64,000 bases of DNA from Escherichia coli (GCF_003334255.1 NZ_QOWU01000011.1), one strand, 5' to 3'. Shown: positions 35,409-48,425, counted from the stretch's first letter. Numbers and translations are program-made. The notes: generated by a model not told the origin, from the sequence alone.

Positions 35409-35858
35409 TCAGGACAACAGCGTGCCCCACTGTTCGACCCACGGATTTGATTCCGTTTCCGGTTCCGGGTTCTCACTGGCGTCAATCAACAGCATTTCGC
35501 CAACCCGCAGAGCGCTCTGTTCCTGCAACAAGGCATCGAACTGTTTGCCGCCATTGCAGAAATTCACATAACTACTGTCGCCGAGCGCAATCACGCCATA
35601 ACGCAGATTCGGCTGGAAGCCCAGACTATCTTTGATTCCCTGAAAGAGTGGCACAATGCTATCAGGAAGGTCGCCCTGCCCGGTCGTGGACGTAACCACC
35701 AGAACATACTTATCCTGATAGGGCAGCCAGTCGCTTAATTCAGGATCTTCAAATACCGTTGCTTTGTGGCCCTGCGCGGTCAGAATCGCTTCCGCTTCTT
35801 CGGCCACTAACAGTGAATTCCCGTACATGGTGCCGACAAAAATACCAATTTCCGCCAT
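35409..35858 (-). CDS. yqcA: flavodoxin YqcA, 149 aa
   Basis: Full [47 protein letters not shown]... Confidence 0.93.
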   Translation of the reverse strand: MAEIGIFVGTMYGNSLLVAEEAEAILTAQGHKATVFEDPELSDWLPYQDKYVLVVTSTTGQGDLPDSIVPLFQGIKDSLGFQPNLRYGVIALGDSSYVNFCNGGKQFDALLQEQSALRVGEMLLIDASENPEPETESNPWVEQWGTLLS

Positions 35859-35875
35859 ACCGTTTTCTCCCTGGA

Positions 35876-36658
35876 TTAGGAACTTATCTCTCCATCCTGA
35901 CCCGATGGCGCACTGAACTCAACCCTTTCATTTTCAGGAAGCAGACCGCGCCAGCCAAATTGTGATAACGCCTGCATCCAGGTGTCGTCCAGGCCCGCGT
36001 GAATAGTCAGCGGCTCGCCAGTAAAAGGATGCGTCAATGACAACTGACTGGCATGTAGCATTAACCGCTGGAGGCCAAAATGCTCAGCACCGCTGCGATT
36101 CTGGCGTAAATCGCCATGTTTGCTATCGCCAATAATCGGATGACGCAAATGGGCAAGATGTCGGCGAAGCTGATGTTTGCGTCCGGTTTTCGGCTCCAGT
36201 TCCACCAGGCCGTAGCGCGTGGTCGGGTAACGTCCGGTCGCTACCGGCATTTCTACGGTCGCCAGACCGCGATAATGCGTCACTGCTGGCTGCGGGCCTT
36301 TATCTTCGCGGGCAAATTTATCAGCGATTTTGTCCAGTTCTTCCACCAGTGGATAATCCAGCACCGCTTCTTCCATCAACCAGCCGCGCACAATCGCATG
36401 GTAACGTTTCTGGATTTGGTGCTGTTCAAACTGTTGTGCCAGCAGCCGTCCGGCCTCGCTGGATAATCCCATCAACAACACACCAGAAGTGGGTCGGTCC
36501 AGACGATGAGCAGTAAAAACATGCTGGCCTATCTGGTCACGCACGGTTTGCATGACCACTACTTTCTCGTCGCGATCCAGCCAGCTGCGGTGAACCAGCC
36601 AGCCGGAGGGTTTATTTACCGCAACCAGCCATTCATCCTGATAGAGTATTTCCAGCAT
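35876..36658 (-). CDS. truC: tRNA pseudouridine(65) synthase, 260 aa
   Basis: Full [47 protein letters not shown]... Confidence 0.94.
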   Translation of the reverse strand: MLEILYQDEWLVAVNKPSGWLVHRSWLDRDEKVVVMQTVRDQIGQHVFTAHRLDRPTSGVLLMGLSSEAGRLLAQQFEQHQIQKRYHAIVRGWLMEEAVLDYPLVEELDKIADKFAREDKGPQPAVTHYRGLATVEMPVATGRYPTTRYGLVELEPKTGRKHQLRRHLAHLRHPIIGDSKHGDLRQNRSGAEHFGLQRLMLHASQLSLTHPFTGEPLTIHAGLDDTWMQALSQFGWRGLLPENERVEFSAPSGQDGEISS

Positions 36659-36987
36659 TAGCTCGCATCATCCGCAAAAAGAGCATCCAGTTTTTCCAGC
36701 TCAGCCAGAATAAGCGCGCGTTGCGGATGGTCCGTCGCCAGCGCCATTTCATAATAGGGTGCAACGGCAAAAGCGCCCGGTAACGGCTGTTTGTTATCTA
36801 ACAAATCGTGCATTCGCGGGATCAGCACCCACTGCAACCACTCCAGTGGTTCCATGGTGTCCATAAAGAACGGTTGGGTACTATTAAATTGATGCGGCTG
36901 GGGTTCATCGTTTCGCCAGTGCTGATGTTCACGCAGTAACGCTTCAAGCGCCTGCAACTGGAGACGAACGCGGTCATGAGTGGTCAT
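36658..36987 (-). CDS. yqcC: DUF446-family protein YqcC, 109 aa
   Basis: Full ORF MTTHDRVRLQLQALEALLREHQHWRNDEPQPHQFNSTQPFFMD...; 1-nt overlap with truC. Confidence 0.9.
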   Translation of the reverse strand: MTTHDRVRLQLQALEALLREHQHWRNDEPQPHQFNSTQPFFMDTMEPLEWLQWVLIPRMHDLLDNKQPLPGAFAVAPYYEMALATDHPQRALILAELEKLDALFADDAS

Positions 36988-37029
36988 AAAGCAACCTCAA
37001 TAAGAAAAACTGCCGCGAAGGATAGCAGG

Positions 37030-37400
37030 AATAAAAAAAGGGAGCACTGTATTCACAGCGCTCCCGGTTCGTTTCGCAGCATTCCAGCTACTTTTGTTGC
37101 TCCCTGCTCATCCTTGACAACTTTTCCTCTGGCCTTGCGGCCAATCGTTCATCCTGAACTATTGCTTCCTGCTCACACCACCCCGATGTGATACTTCATC
37201 CTGAAGTGTCCCTGGCCTTCCTGACCCACCGAATCATCCTGACCGGTTCTCATTCTCCATCCTGGAGGTGTCCTTTAACGCGTCCTGCGTCATCCTCTTC
37301 GCTTCATCCAGAAGCCTTTCCCTGAAACACCATCCTGGTGTGTCCTGCAGAAGTGTCATCATCCTGATGTTCACTTCGTTGTCTGACTCCCTGTCGACGA
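37030..37400 (-). ncRNA. csrB: CsrB regulatory sRNA (CsrA-sequestering), ~360-370 nt
   Basis: Minus-strand sequence begins ...GAGUCAGACAACGAAGUGAACAUCAGGAUGAUGACAC..., carries >12 GGA-containing motifs (many CAGGAUG) and ends with hairpin GGGAGCGCUGUGAAUACAGUGCUCCC + U7; no long ORF. Confidence 0.93.
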
Positions 37401-37608
37401 AGATAGAATCGTCTTTTTCGCGAAGTCTTACAAGGCGCTTACAGACAATGCCTTAAGGAAAATTTCATATGAAAGTTAAGAATTAACAATCAACATTTTG
37501 ATTTTAAATGAAAATAACGATTCTTATCTTTTTAAGTATTCGCTTATTTCCTGGCGATCTCCTACAGAGTCTGTAAGAGATCTCTCACAACCAGATGGGG
37601 TATTTGGA

Positions 37609-38154
37609 TTACAGAAGAGGCTTAAGTTGATTAAGGAATTCCGCAAGATTTGAGGCTAAATGCGTCCGTTTACGTGTTCCCAGCGTCTCTTTGCACACTT
37701 CACCGGAGAGATTACACACCGAGATGACCTCTAACTCTTCTTCCAGCGTCGCGATAAATAGTGTGGGCGGCAGTTTTAGCCTTTTCTGAGTCACCAGATG
37801 ACCAATCAGATTTTCCTGCACCCGACGGAAGTCGTCTTCACTCCAGGTTTGCAGCAATGTCAGTTTGATATCGCCAAACTGCGCGTGCATATCCCCGGCA
37901 AACTGAGTCGTATAAAAGGTATGAATTGTGGGTTGTATCACAATATCAAAAGCGCGTTCAACCGCGTTTACATTTTGTTCCCCGGTAAACGGCTGGGGTT
38001 GCCAGTATACGGCATCTTCGGTAGTTGAAATAATGCACGGTGAAGGAACACCGTACAGTTCCTCACTTAACGGCCAGCTTTTATGCTCTTCATGCCACGC
38101 ATCGCAGTAGCGTGCAGTAAAATCTTTCAGGGCTTGTGCGGTCAAATCGTCCAC
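37609..38154 (-). CDS. syd: SecY-interacting protein Syd, 181 aa
   Basis: Full [59 protein letters not shown]... Confidence 0.93.
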
Positions 38155-38221
38155 TAATTTCTCTCTTCACTTAAACCAGATACACTTGTCGTTTAGTTTA
38201 TCTGGTTTATGACGGTGAAAC

Positions 38222-39070
38222 ATGTCTTCTTATGCAAACCATCAGGCACTTGCGGGCCTGACTCTTGGAAAATCAACCGATTACCGGGATACCTATGACG
38301 CCAGCCTACTGCAAGGCGTTCCACGCAGCCTGAATCGCGACCCGCTGGGTCTGAAAGCGGATAACCTGCCTTTTCACGGTACGGATATCTGGACGCTGTA
38401 TGAACTTTCCTGGCTGAATGCGAAAGGTTTGCCGCAGGTCGCTGTCGGTCATGTTGAACTTGATTACACCAGCGTAAATCTGATTGAGTCGAAGAGTTTT
38501 AAGCTCTATCTCAACAGTTTTAACCAGACGCGTTTTAATAACTGGGATGAGGTGCGCCAGACGCTGGAGCGCGACTTAAGCACTTGCGCTCAGGGTAAGA
38601 TTAGCGTGGCGTTATATCGTCTTGATGAACTGGAAGGCCAGCCGATAGGTCATTTTAATGGCACTTGCATTGATGACCAGGATATCACTATCGATAACTA
38701 TGAATTCACTACTGACTATCTGGAGAATGCCACCTGTGGTGAAAAAGTAGTGGAAGAGACGCTTGTCAGCCACCTGCTGAAATCAAACTGCCTGATCACC
38801 CATCAACCAGATTGGGGTTCGCTCCAAATTCAGTATCGTGGACGCCAAATTGACAGAGAAAAACTGCTGCGTTACCTGGTCTCATTCCGTCATCACAACG
38901 AGTTCCACGAACAGTGCGTGGAACGCATCTTTAATGACCTGTTACGCTTCTGCCAGCCAGAAAAATTGAGCGTTTACGCACGTTATACCCGTCGTGGCGG
39001 TCTGGACATTAACCCGTGGCGCAGTAATAGCGATTTTGTCCCATCGACCACAAGACTGGTTCGGCAATAA
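38222..39070 (+). CDS. queF: NADPH-dependent 7-cyano-7-deazaguanine reductase, 282 aa
   Basis: Full [47 protein letters not shown]... Confidence 0.94.
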   Translation: MSSYANHQALAGLTLGKSTDYRDTYDASLLQGVPRSLNRDPLGLKADNLPFHGTDIWTLYELSWLNAKGLPQVAVGHVELDYTSVNLIESKSFKLYLNSFNQTRFNNWDEVRQTLERDLSTCAQGKISVALYRLDELEGQPIGHFNGTCIDDQDITIDNYEFTTDYLENATCGEKVVEETLVSHLLKSNCLITHQPDWGSLQIQYRGRQIDREKLLRYLVSFRHHNEFHEQCVERIFNDLLRFCQPEKLSVYARYTRRGGLDINPWRSNSDFVPSTTRLVRQ

Positions 39071-39181
39071 ATTTTTTCTCAATTTTGCGTGCTGGATTCA
39101 CGCAGAAGGTTGTGAAAGGTCATCAGGCAGGGCTATTGTAATCAAAGGGAATGACGATATTCGTCCCATAAGGAGTTTTTC

Positions 39182-40546
39182 TTGATTACACATATTAGCC
39201 CGCTTGGCTCCATGGATATGTTGTCGCAGCTGGAAGTGGATATGCTTAAACGCACCGCCAGCAGCGACCTCTATCAACTGTTTCGCAACTGTTCACTTGC
39301 CGTACTGAACTCCGGTAGTTTGACCGATAACAGCAAAGAATTGCTGTCTCGTTTTGAAAATTTCGATATTAACGTCTTGCGCCGTGAACGCGGCGTAAAG
39401 CTGGAACTGATTAATCCCCCGGAAGAGGCTTTTGTCGATGGGCGAATTATTCGCGCTTTGCAGGCCAACTTGTTCGCGGTCCTGCGTGACATTCTCTTCG
39501 TTTACGGGCAAATCCATAACACCGTTCGTTTTCCCAACCTGAATCTCGACAACTCCGTCCACATCACTAACCTGGTCTTTTCCATCTTGCGTAACGCTCG
39601 CGCGCTGCATGTGGGTGAAGCGCCAAATATGGTGGTCTGCTGGGGCGGTCACTCAATTAACGAAAACGAGTATTTGTATGCCCGTCGCGTCGGAAACCAG
39701 CTGGGCCTGCGTGAGCTGAATATCTGCACCGGCTGTGGTCCGGGAGCGATGGAAGCGCCGATGAAAGGTGCTGCGGTCGGACACGCGCAGCAGCGTTACA
39801 AAGACAGTCGTTTTATTGGTATGACAGAGCCGTCGATTATCGCCGCTGAACCGCCTAACCCGCTGGTCAACGAATTGATCATCATGCCAGATATCGAAAA
39901 ACGTCTGGAAGCGTTTGTCCGTATCGCTCACGGTATCATTATCTTCCCTGGCGGTGTGGGTACGGCAGAAGAGTTGCTCTATTTGCTGGGAATTTTAATG
40001 AACCCGGCCAACAAAGATCAGGTTTTACCATTGATCCTCACCGGCCCGAAAGAGAGCGCCGACTACTTCCGCGTACTGGACGAGTTTGTCGTGCATACGC
40101 TGGGTGAAAACGCGCGCCGCCATTACCGCATCATCATTGATGACGCCGCTGAAGTCGCTCGTCAGATGAAAAAATCGATGCCGCTGGTGAAAGAAAATCG
40201 CCGTGATACAGGCGATGCCTACAGCTTTAACTGGTCAATGCGCATTGCGCCAGATTTGCAAATGCCGTTTGAGCCGTCTCACGAGAATATGGCTAATCTG
40301 AAGCTTTACCCGGATCAACCTGTTGAAGTGCTGGCTGCCGACCTGCGCCGTGCGTTCTCCGGTATTGTGGCGGGTAACGTAAAAGAAGTCGGTATTCGCG
40401 CCATTGAAGAGTTTGGTCCTTACAAAATCAACGGCGATAAAGAGATTATGCGTCGTATGGACGACCTGCTACAGGGTTTTGTTGCCCAGCATCGTATGAA
40501 GTTGCCAGGCTCAGCCTACATCCCTTGCTACGAAATCTGCACGTAA
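39182..40546 (+). CDS. ppnN: pyrimidine/purine nucleotide 5'-monophosphate nucleosidase (LOG-family), 454 aa
   Basis: Full-length match [34 protein letters not shown]...; first codon at 39182 is TTG (non-AUG start). Confidence 0.9.
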
Positions 40547-41102
40547 TCTCCGCTCCCCCGGTGACGTTTGTTGCCGGGTTTTCTCGTTTTTGGTCACTTA
40601 CTCATCAACTCATTTCATTTGTTATATGAATGTTTCTTACCACCCTCACGCGACAAATATCATCACAGTTAATATGTCATACAATTTATGTTGCAACGCA
40701 AACGTTTCCCTATTTTCATAAACCGTATTTTATCGCTATGAAAAAGAAATTATCGCCATGATTAACTAAAAGTATTGATTTTTTCAGTTCAACCTACATA
40801 TATTGCGCGCCCCGGAAGAAGTCAGATGTCGTTTAATGGGCAAATATTGCCCTTAAATTCTCTTTTACTTTTGATTTACAGAGTAAAGCGTTGGGATAAT
40901 CTATCTTCCAAGTAGATTATTGTATTTGAGATCAAGATCACTGATAGATACATAACTTGTGTGTATCTTTCCGCCCTCAAATTATTACGGCGGTAAATGA
41001 TTAAGCCATCGCCGATAGACAGATTTCATTTTTACGGTCAGGCACCTTCCCGGGCTGAACTGGCTAAAAGCTGAATTATTTGCATTCCTCCAGGAGAAAT
41101 AG

Positions 41103-42392
41103 ATGGAAACGACTCAAACCAGCACGATTGCGTCGAAAGACTCTCGTAGTGCCTGGCGCAAGACAGACACCATGTGGATGCTGGGCCTTTACGGCACGGC
41201 AATCGGCGCGGGCGTGCTGTTCCTGCCAATCAACGCCGGTGTTGGCGGTATGATCCCGCTGATCATCATGGCTATCCTTGCGTTCCCGATGACGTTTTTT
41301 GCTCACCGCGGCCTGACTCGCTTCGTACTGTCTGGTAAAAACCCGGGCGAAGACATCACCGAGGTTGTAGAAGAACACTTTGGTATTGGCGCAGGTAAAC
41401 TGATTACCCTGCTCTACTTCTTCGCTATCTACCCGATCCTGCTGGTTTATAGCGTGGCAATCACCAATACCGTTGAAAGCTTCATGTCTCACCAGCTGGG
41501 TATGACGCCACCGCCGCGTGCGATTCTGTCGCTGATCCTGATCGTGGGTATGATGACCATCGTTCGCTTCGGTGAGCAGATGATCGTTAAAGCGATGAGT
41601 ATTCTGGTATTCCCGTTTGTTGGCGTACTGATGCTGCTGGCTCTGTACCTGATCCCGCAGTGGAACGGCGCTGCACTGGAAACGCTGTCTCTGGACACTG
41701 CATCTGCAACCGGAAACGGTCTGTGGATGACCCTGTGGCTGGCAATTCCGGTAATGGTGTTCTCGTTCAACCACTCTCCGATCATCTCTTCTTTCGCCGT
41801 TGCGAAGCGTGAAGAGTACGGCGATATGGCAGAACAGAAATGCTCGAAGATCCTGGCATTCGCACACATCATGATGGTGCTGACCGTAATGTTCTTCGTC
41901 TTCAGCTGTGTACTGAGCCTGACTCCGGCAGACCTGGCTGCGGCTAAAGAGCAGAACATCTCGATTCTGTCTTACCTGGCTAACCACTTTAACGCACCGG
42001 TTATCGCGTGGATGGCTCCGATTATCGCGATTATCGCTATCACCAAATCCTTCCTCGGTCACTACCTGGGCGCACGTGAAGGCTTCAACGGTATGGTGAT
42101 TAAATCTCTGCGTGGTAAAGGTAAGTCTATCGAAATCAACAAGCTGAACCGTATCACTGCGCTGTTCATGCTGGTAACGACCTGGATTGTTGCCACCCTG
42201 AACCCGAGCATCCTGGGTATGATTGAAACCCTGGGCGGTCCAATCATCGCGATGATCCTGTTCCTGATGCCGATGTACGCAATTCAGAAAGTACCGGCAA
42301 TGCGTAAGTACAGCGGTCACATCAGCAACGTATTCGTTGTCGTGATGGGTCTGATTGCAATCTCCGCAATCTTCTACTCTCTGTTCAGCTAA
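41103..42392 (+). CDS. sdaC: serine:H+ symporter, 429 aa
   Basis: Full [49 protein letters not shown]... Confidence 0.96.
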   Translation: METTQTSTIASKDSRSAWRKTDTMWMLGLYGTAIGAGVLFLPINAGVGGMIPLIIMAILAFPMTFFAHRGLTRFVLSGKNPGEDITEVVEEHFGIGAGKLITLLYFFAIYPILLVYSVAITNTVESFMSHQLGMTPPPRAILSLILIVGMMTIVRFGEQMIVKAMSILVFPFVGVLMLLALYLIPQWNGAALETLSLDTASATGNGLWMTLWLAIPVMVFSFNHSPIISSFAVAKREEYGDMAEQKCSKILAFAHIMMVLTVMFFVFSCVLSLTPADLAAAKEQNISILSYLANHFNAPVIAWMAPIIAIIAITKSFLGHYLGAREGFNGMVIKSLRGKGKSIEINKLNRITALFMLVTTWIVATLNPSILGMIETLGGPIIAMILFLMPMYAIQKVPAMRKYSGHISNVFVVVMGLIAISAIFYSLFS

Positions 42393-42449
42393 GTCCTTTC
42401 GCGCCGCTTTCGGGCGGCGCTTCCTCCGTTTTAACGCGATGTATTTCCT

Positions 42450-43817
42450 ATGATTAGCGTATTCGATATTTTCAAAATCGGCATTGGCCCTTCCAGTTCT
42501 CATACCGTTGGACCAATGAAAGCGGGTAAACAATTTACCGACGATCTGATTGCCCGTAACCTGCTTAAAGACGTGACCCGCGTGGTGGTTGACGTGTACG
42601 GCTCGCTCTCTCTGACCGGTAAAGGCCACCACACTGATATCGCCATTATTATGGGCCTGGCGGGTAACCTGCCGGATACCGTGGATATCGATTCCATCCC
42701 CAGTTTTATTCAGGATGTGAATACTCATGGTCGCCTGATGCTGGCAAACGGTCAGCATGAAGTGGAGTTCCCGGTTGATCAGTGCATGAACTTCCACGCC
42801 GACAACCTTTCTCTGCATGAAAACGGTATGCGCATTACCGCGCTGGCGGGCGATAAAGTCGTTTACAGCCAGACTTACTACTCTATTGGCGGTGGCTTTA
42901 TCGTTGATGAAGAGCATTTTGGCCAGCAGGATAGCGCACCGGTTGAAGTTCCTTATCCGTACAGTTCAGCAGCCGATCTGCAAAAACATTGTCAGGAAAC
43001 CGGGCTGTCACTCTCTGGCCTGATGATGAAAAACGAGCTGGCGCTGCACAGCAAAGAAGAGCTGGAACAGCACCTGGCGAACGTCTGGGAAGTCATGCGC
43101 GGCGGTATTGAGCGCGGTATTTCCACCGAAGGCGTGTTGCCTGGCAAACTGCGCGTTCCACGCCGTGCTGCGGCACTACGCCGGATGCTGGTCAGCCAGG
43201 ATAAAACCACCACTGACCCGATGGCGGTTGTTGACTGGATCAACATGTTTGCACTGGCAGTGAACGAAGAGAACGCTGCTGGCGGTCGCGTGGTGACTGC
43301 GCCGACTAACGGTGCGTGCGGGATTATCCCGGCAGTTCTGGCGTACTACGACAAGTTTATCCGCGAAGTGAACGCTAACTCACTGGCTCGTTACCTGCTG
43401 GTAGCCAGCGCCATTGGTTCTCTTTATAAGATGAACGCGTCGATTTCTGGTGCTGAAGTGGGTTGCCAGGGTGAAGTTGGCGTGGCGTGCTCAATGGCGG
43501 CGGCTGGTCTGGCAGAACTATTAGGCGCAAGCCCGGCGCAGGTGTGCATCGCGGCGGAAATCGCCATGGAGCACAACCTCGGTCTGACGTGTGACCCGGT
43601 CGCCGGACAGGTACAGGTGCCATGCATCGAGCGTAACGCCATTGCGGCAGTAAAAGCGGTGAACGCCGCACGTATGGCGCTGCGCCGTACCAGCGAGCCG
43701 CGCGTCTGCCTCGATAAAGTTATCGAAACCATGTACGAAACAGGTAAAGATATGAACGCCAAGTACCGCGAAACCTCTCGCGGCGGCCTGGCAATGAAGA
43801 TCGTTGCCTGCGATTAA
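42450..43817 (+). CDS. sdaB: L-serine dehydratase 2 (Fe-S), 455 aa
   Basis: Full ORF MISVFDIFKIGIGPSSSHTVGPMKAGKQFTDDLIARNLLKDVTRVVVDVYGSLS... Confidence 0.96.
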   Translation: MISVFDIFKIGIGPSSSHTVGPMKAGKQFTDDLIARNLLKDVTRVVVDVYGSLSLTGKGHHTDIAIIMGLAGNLPDTVDIDSIPSFIQDVNTHGRLMLANGQHEVEFPVDQCMNFHADNLSLHENGMRITALAGDKVVYSQTYYSIGGGFIVDEEHFGQQDSAPVEVPYPYSSAADLQKHCQETGLSLSGLMMKNELALHSKEELEQHLANVWEVMRGGIERGISTEGVLPGKLRVPRRAAALRRMLVSQDKTTTDPMAVVDWINMFALAVNEENAAGGRVVTAPTNGACGIIPAVLAYYDKFIREVNANSLARYLLVASAIGSLYKMNASISGAEVGCQGEVGVACSMAAAGLAELLGASPAQVCIAAEIAMEHNLGLTCDPVAGQVQVPCIERNAIAAVKAVNAARMALRRTSEPRVCLDKVIETMYETGKDMNAKYRETSRGGLAMKIVACD

Positions 43818-44684
<867 letters not shown>

Positions 44685-44690
44685 CGGCGA

Positions 44691-44720
44691 GCCGGATACG
44701 CCGCAAACGTCGTATCCGGC
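44691..44720. repeat. REP-like palindrome between xni and fucO (possible bidirectional terminator)
   Basis: gccggatacg-ccgcaaacg-tcgtatccggc. Confidence 0.6.
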
Positions 44721-44738
44721 ATTATCACATCAGCGCAT

Positions 44739-45887
44739 TTACCAGGCGGTATGGTAAAGCTCTACAATATCCTCAAGCGTTGCTTCACGCGGGTTGCCAC
44801 CGGTACAAACATCATCCAGTGCCGCCTGCGCCAGTGCCGGAATGTCTTCCTTGCGTACACCAACATCACGCAAATGTGGCGGAATACCGACATCACGGTT
44901 GAGAGCAAACACCGCTTCAACAGCGGCATTACGCGCCTCTTCCAGGCTCATACCTTCCACTTTCACGCCCATAACGCGCGCGATATCGCGGTACTTCTCA
45001 CCGGTAAAGTCAGCGTTATAACGCATGACATGCGGTAACAGGATGGCGTTCGCAACACCGTGTGGAGTGTTATAAAACGCGCCCAGTGGATGCGCCATAC
45101 CATGCACCAACCCTAACCCAACATTCGAGAAGCCCATACCCGCAACATACTGCCCGAGCGCCATTTCTTCTCCGGCATCCTTATCACCAGCAACCGATCC
45201 TCGCAGCGCCCCAGCAATGATTTCAATCGCTTTAATGTGCAGTGCATCGGTTAGCGCCCACGCGCCACGGGTAATATACCCCTCAATAGCATGAGTGAGC
45301 GCATCGACACCCGTCGCAGCTTTCAGCGCTGGAGGCATACCATCCATCATGTCAGCGTCAATAAACGCCACCTGCGGGATATCATGCGGATCAACGCAAA
45401 CAAACTTGCGCCGTTTCTCTTCGTCAGTGATCACGTAGTTAATGGTCACTTCTGCCGCAGTACCTGCTGTGGTAGGAATTGCCAGAATCGGTACACTGGG
45501 TTTATTGGTCGGGGAAAGCCCTTCCAGGCTACGCACATCGGCAAACTCCGGGTTGTTGCTGATAATGCCAATCGCTTTACAAGTATCCTGTGGAGAACCA
45601 CCACCAATAGCGATCAGGTAATCCGCGCCGCTATTCTGGAATACACCGAGCCCTTCTTTGACGACAGTAATTGTTGGGTTGGGCACTACGCCGTCGTAAA
45701 TCGCCCATGCCAGCCCTGCAGCATCCATCTTATCGGTCACTTTCGCCACCACGCCGCATTGCACCAGCGTTTTATCGGTGACGATCAGCGCCTTCTGATA
45801 ACCACGGCGTTTCACCTCATCGGTTAAAGCCCCAACAGCACCCCGACCAAACCATGCCGTTTCGTTCAGAATCATTCTGTTAGCCAT
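44739..45887 (-). CDS. fucO: L-1,2-propanediol oxidoreductase (lactaldehyde reductase), 382 aa
   Basis: ORF 44739..45890 (MMANRMILNETAWFGRGAVGAL...); start may be either of the tandem ATGs. Confidence 0.95.
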   Translation of the reverse strand: MANRMILNETAWFGRGAVGALTDEVKRRGYQKALIVTDKTLVQCGVVAKVTDKMDAAGLAWAIYDGVVPNPTITVVKEGLGVFQNSGADYLIAIGGGSPQDTCKAIGIISNNPEFADVRSLEGLSPTNKPSVPILAIPTTAGTAAEVTINYVITDEEKRRKFVCVDPHDIPQVAFIDADMMDGMPPALKAATGVDALTHAIEGYITRGAWALTDALHIKAIEIIAGALRGSVAGDKDAGEEMALGQYVAGMGFSNVGLGLVHGMAHPLGAFYNTPHGVANAILLPHVMRYNADFTGEKYRDIARVMGVKVEGMSLEEARNAAVEAVFALNRDVGIPPHLRDVGVRKEDIPALAQAALDDVCTGGNPREATLEDIVELYHTAW

Positions 45888-45914
45888 CATCCTTCTCCTT
45901 GTTGCTTTACGAAA

Positions 45915-46562
45915 TTACTCTTCAATTCGTAACCCATAGGTTTTGAATTTCTCCAGCACTACGGCAATCTCTTCATCGCTCAGCACTGGCACCGGGTCCG
46001 TAATCGCCAGGGTCGTCAGGTAAAGTTGCGCCAGCACTTCAACTTCATGCGCCAGCCATAACGCTTTTTCCAGATTCACCTCACAAGCGATAAGCCCATG
46101 ATGTTGTAACAAAGTTGCCTTACGATTTTTGAGAGCCAGCGCAACATGTTCAGAAAGTTCGCGTGTTCCAAAGGTCGCATAAGGCGCGCAAGGAATAGAA
46201 TTACCGCCAGCCGCCGCAATCATGTAGTGAATAGCGGGGATCGATCGGTTAAGAATGGAAACTGCCGTGCAATGAACGGCATGATTGTGAACAACCGCGT
46301 TGGCATCCGGTCTGCTTTGATAGGCTGCCATATGGAAACGCCATTCGCTTGAGGGGAGCTTTCCTTCCTCATGTTTACCGTTGCCATCAATAAAGACAAT
46401 ATGCGACTCCGTCAGTTTTTCATATGGAATGCCTGTAGGCGTAATCAGCATCCCATCCTGATAACGTACACTGACGTTCCCCGCTGTCCCCTGGTTCAGT
46501 CCCAGGCGGGTCATTTCCAGGCAAGTGTCAATAATCTGACGAGCAAGTTTATTTCGTTCCAT
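45915..46562 (-). CDS. fucA: L-fuculose-1-phosphate aldolase, 215 aa
   Basis: Full ORF MERNKLARQIIDTCLEMTRLGLNQGTAGNVSVRYQDGMLITPTGIPYEKL... Confidence 0.96.
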   Translation of the reverse strand: MERNKLARQIIDTCLEMTRLGLNQGTAGNVSVRYQDGMLITPTGIPYEKLTESHIVFIDGNGKHEEGKLPSSEWRFHMAAYQSRPDANAVVHNHAVHCTAVSILNRSIPAIHYMIAAAGGNSIPCAPYATFGTRELSEHVALALKNRKATLLQHHGLIACEVNLEKALWLAHEVEVLAQLYLTTLAITDPVPVLSDEEIAVVLEKFKTYGLRIEE

Positions 46563-47108
46563 TAGCTACCTCTCTCTGATTCAAAACAGGGCAATAATGT
46601 TGTTCCTTTCACACTATTGAATTAGCCGTTTAATTACCCACCATCTTCTTCCTGATTAACAAGAAAGAAATTCACAAGCTTATATTTTGTGACCTGGTTC
46701 AACTAATCACAGTAAATAACTGCAAGTTCTCTTTTTATAACCCCATTAAAAATGACCGCTCTTAAAAATATTTATCAAAACGGTCATTTTTCTATTCCTC
46801 CAAGCCCGGAATGACCGTTTTCGGCACAAACAATTAATACGGTCATCTGATTTGTGTTTTTTATGATTTATTTTCTGAAACGGGCATGAAATTTCGATTA
46901 TTAAAGTGATGGTAGTCACATAAAGTCACCTTCTAGCTAATAAGTGTGACCGCCGTCATATTACAGAGCGTTTTTTATTTGAAAATGAATCCATGAGTTC
47001 ATTTCAGACAGGCAAATATTCACTGATATGAAGCCCGAACTCGCTGGTTTTGCACTTTTGAAAACATAACCGATTACGTGCTTAAGCTTCTGAACCTAAG
47101 AGGATGCT

Positions 47109-48425
47109 ATGGGAAACACATCAATACAAACGCAGAGTTACCGTGCGGTAGATAAAGATGCAGGGCAAAGCAGAAGTTACATTATTCCATTCGCGCTGCT
47201 GTGCTCACTGTTTTTTCTTTGGGCGGTAGCCAATAACCTTAACGACATTTTATTACCTCAATTCCAGCAGGCTTTTACGCTGACAAATTTCCAGGCTGGC
47301 CTGATCCAATCGGCCTTTTACTTTGGTTATTTCATTATCCCAATCCCTGCTGGAATATTGATGAAAAAACTCAGTTATAAAGCAGGGATTATTACCGGGT
47401 TATTTTTATATGCCTTGGGTGCTGCATTATTCTGGCCCGCCGCAGAAATAATGAACTACACCTTATTTTTAGTTGGCCTATTTATTATTGCAGCCGGATT
47501 AGGTTGTCTGGAAACTGCCGCAAACCCTTTTGTTACGGTATTAGGGCCGGAAAGTAGTGGTCACTTCCGCTTAAATCTTGCGCAAACATTTAACTCGTTT
47601 GGCGCAATTATCGCGGTTGTCTTTGGGCAAAGTCTTATTTTGTCTAACGTGCCACATCAATCGCAAGACGTTCTCGATAAAATGTCTCCAGAGCAATTGA
47701 GTGCGTATAAACACAGCCTGGTATTATCGGTACAGACACCTTATATGATCATCGTGGCTATCGTGTTACTGGTCGCCCTGCTGATCATGCTGACGAAATT
47801 CCCGGCATTGCAGAGTGATAATCACAGTGACGCCAAACAAGGATCGTTCTCCGCATCGCTTTCTCGCCTGGCGCGTATTCGCCACTGGCGCTGGGCGGTA
47901 TTAGCGCAATTCTGCTATGTCGGCGCACAAACGGCCTGCTGGAGCTATTTGATTCGCTACGCTGTAGAAGAAATTCCAGGTATGACTGCAGGCTTTGCCG
48001 CTAACTATTTAACCGGAACCATGGTGTGCTTCTTTATTGGTCGTTTCACCGGTACCTGGCTCATCAGTCGCTTCGCACCACACAAAGTCCTGGCCGCCTA
48101 CGCATTAATCGCTATGGCACTGTGCCTGATCTCAGCCTTCGCTGGCGGTCATGTGGGCTTAATAGCCCTGACTTTATGCAGCGCCTTTATGTCGATTCAG
48201 TACCCAACAATCTTCTCGCTGGGCATTAAGAATCTCGGCCAGGACACCAAATATGGTTCGTCCTTCATCGTTATGACCATTATTGGCGGCGGTATTGTCA
48301 CTCCGGTCATGGGTTTTGTCAGTGACGCGGCGGGCAACATCCCCACTGCTGAACTGATCCCCGCACTCTGCTTCGCGGTCATCTTTATCTTTGCCCGTTT
48401 CCGTTCTCAAACGGCAACTAACTGA
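47109..48425 (+). CDS. fucP: L-fucose:H+ symporter, 438 aa
   Basis: Full ORF MGNTSIQTQSYRAVDKDAGQSRSYIIPFALLCSLFFLWAVANNLNDILLPQFQQAF... Confidence 0.96.
   Translation: MGNTSIQTQSYRAVDKDAGQSRSYIIPFALLCSLFFLWAVANNLNDILLPQFQQAFTLTNFQAGLIQSAFYFGYFIIPIPAGILMKKLSYKAGIITGLFLYALGAALFWPAAEIMNYTLFLVGLFIIAAGLGCLETAANPFVTVLGPESSGHFRLNLAQTFNSFGAIIAVVFGQSLILSNVPHQSQDVLDKMSPEQLSAYKHSLVLSVQTPYMIIVAIVLLVALLIMLTKFPALQSDNHSDAKQGSFSASLSRLARIRHWRWAVLAQFCYVGAQTACWSYLIRYAVEEIPGMTAGFAANYLTGTMVCFFIGRFTGTWLISRFAPHKVLAAYALIAMALCLISAFAGGHVGLIALTLCSAFMSIQYPTIFSLGIKNLGQDTKYGSSFIVMTIIGGGIVTPVMGFVSDAAGNIPTAELIPALCFAVIFIFARFRSQTATN

Noticed and set aside
41076-42917. 613-aa ORF on the minus strand spanning sdaC, the sdaC-sdaB spacer and part of sdaB
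   Set aside because: Lies entirely antisense to two well-supported genes; its product is low-complexity (His/Arg/Gln/Asn/Asp-rich) as expected from the antisense of strongly codon-biased genes; no RBS context. Treated as a stop-codon-free antisense artefact.
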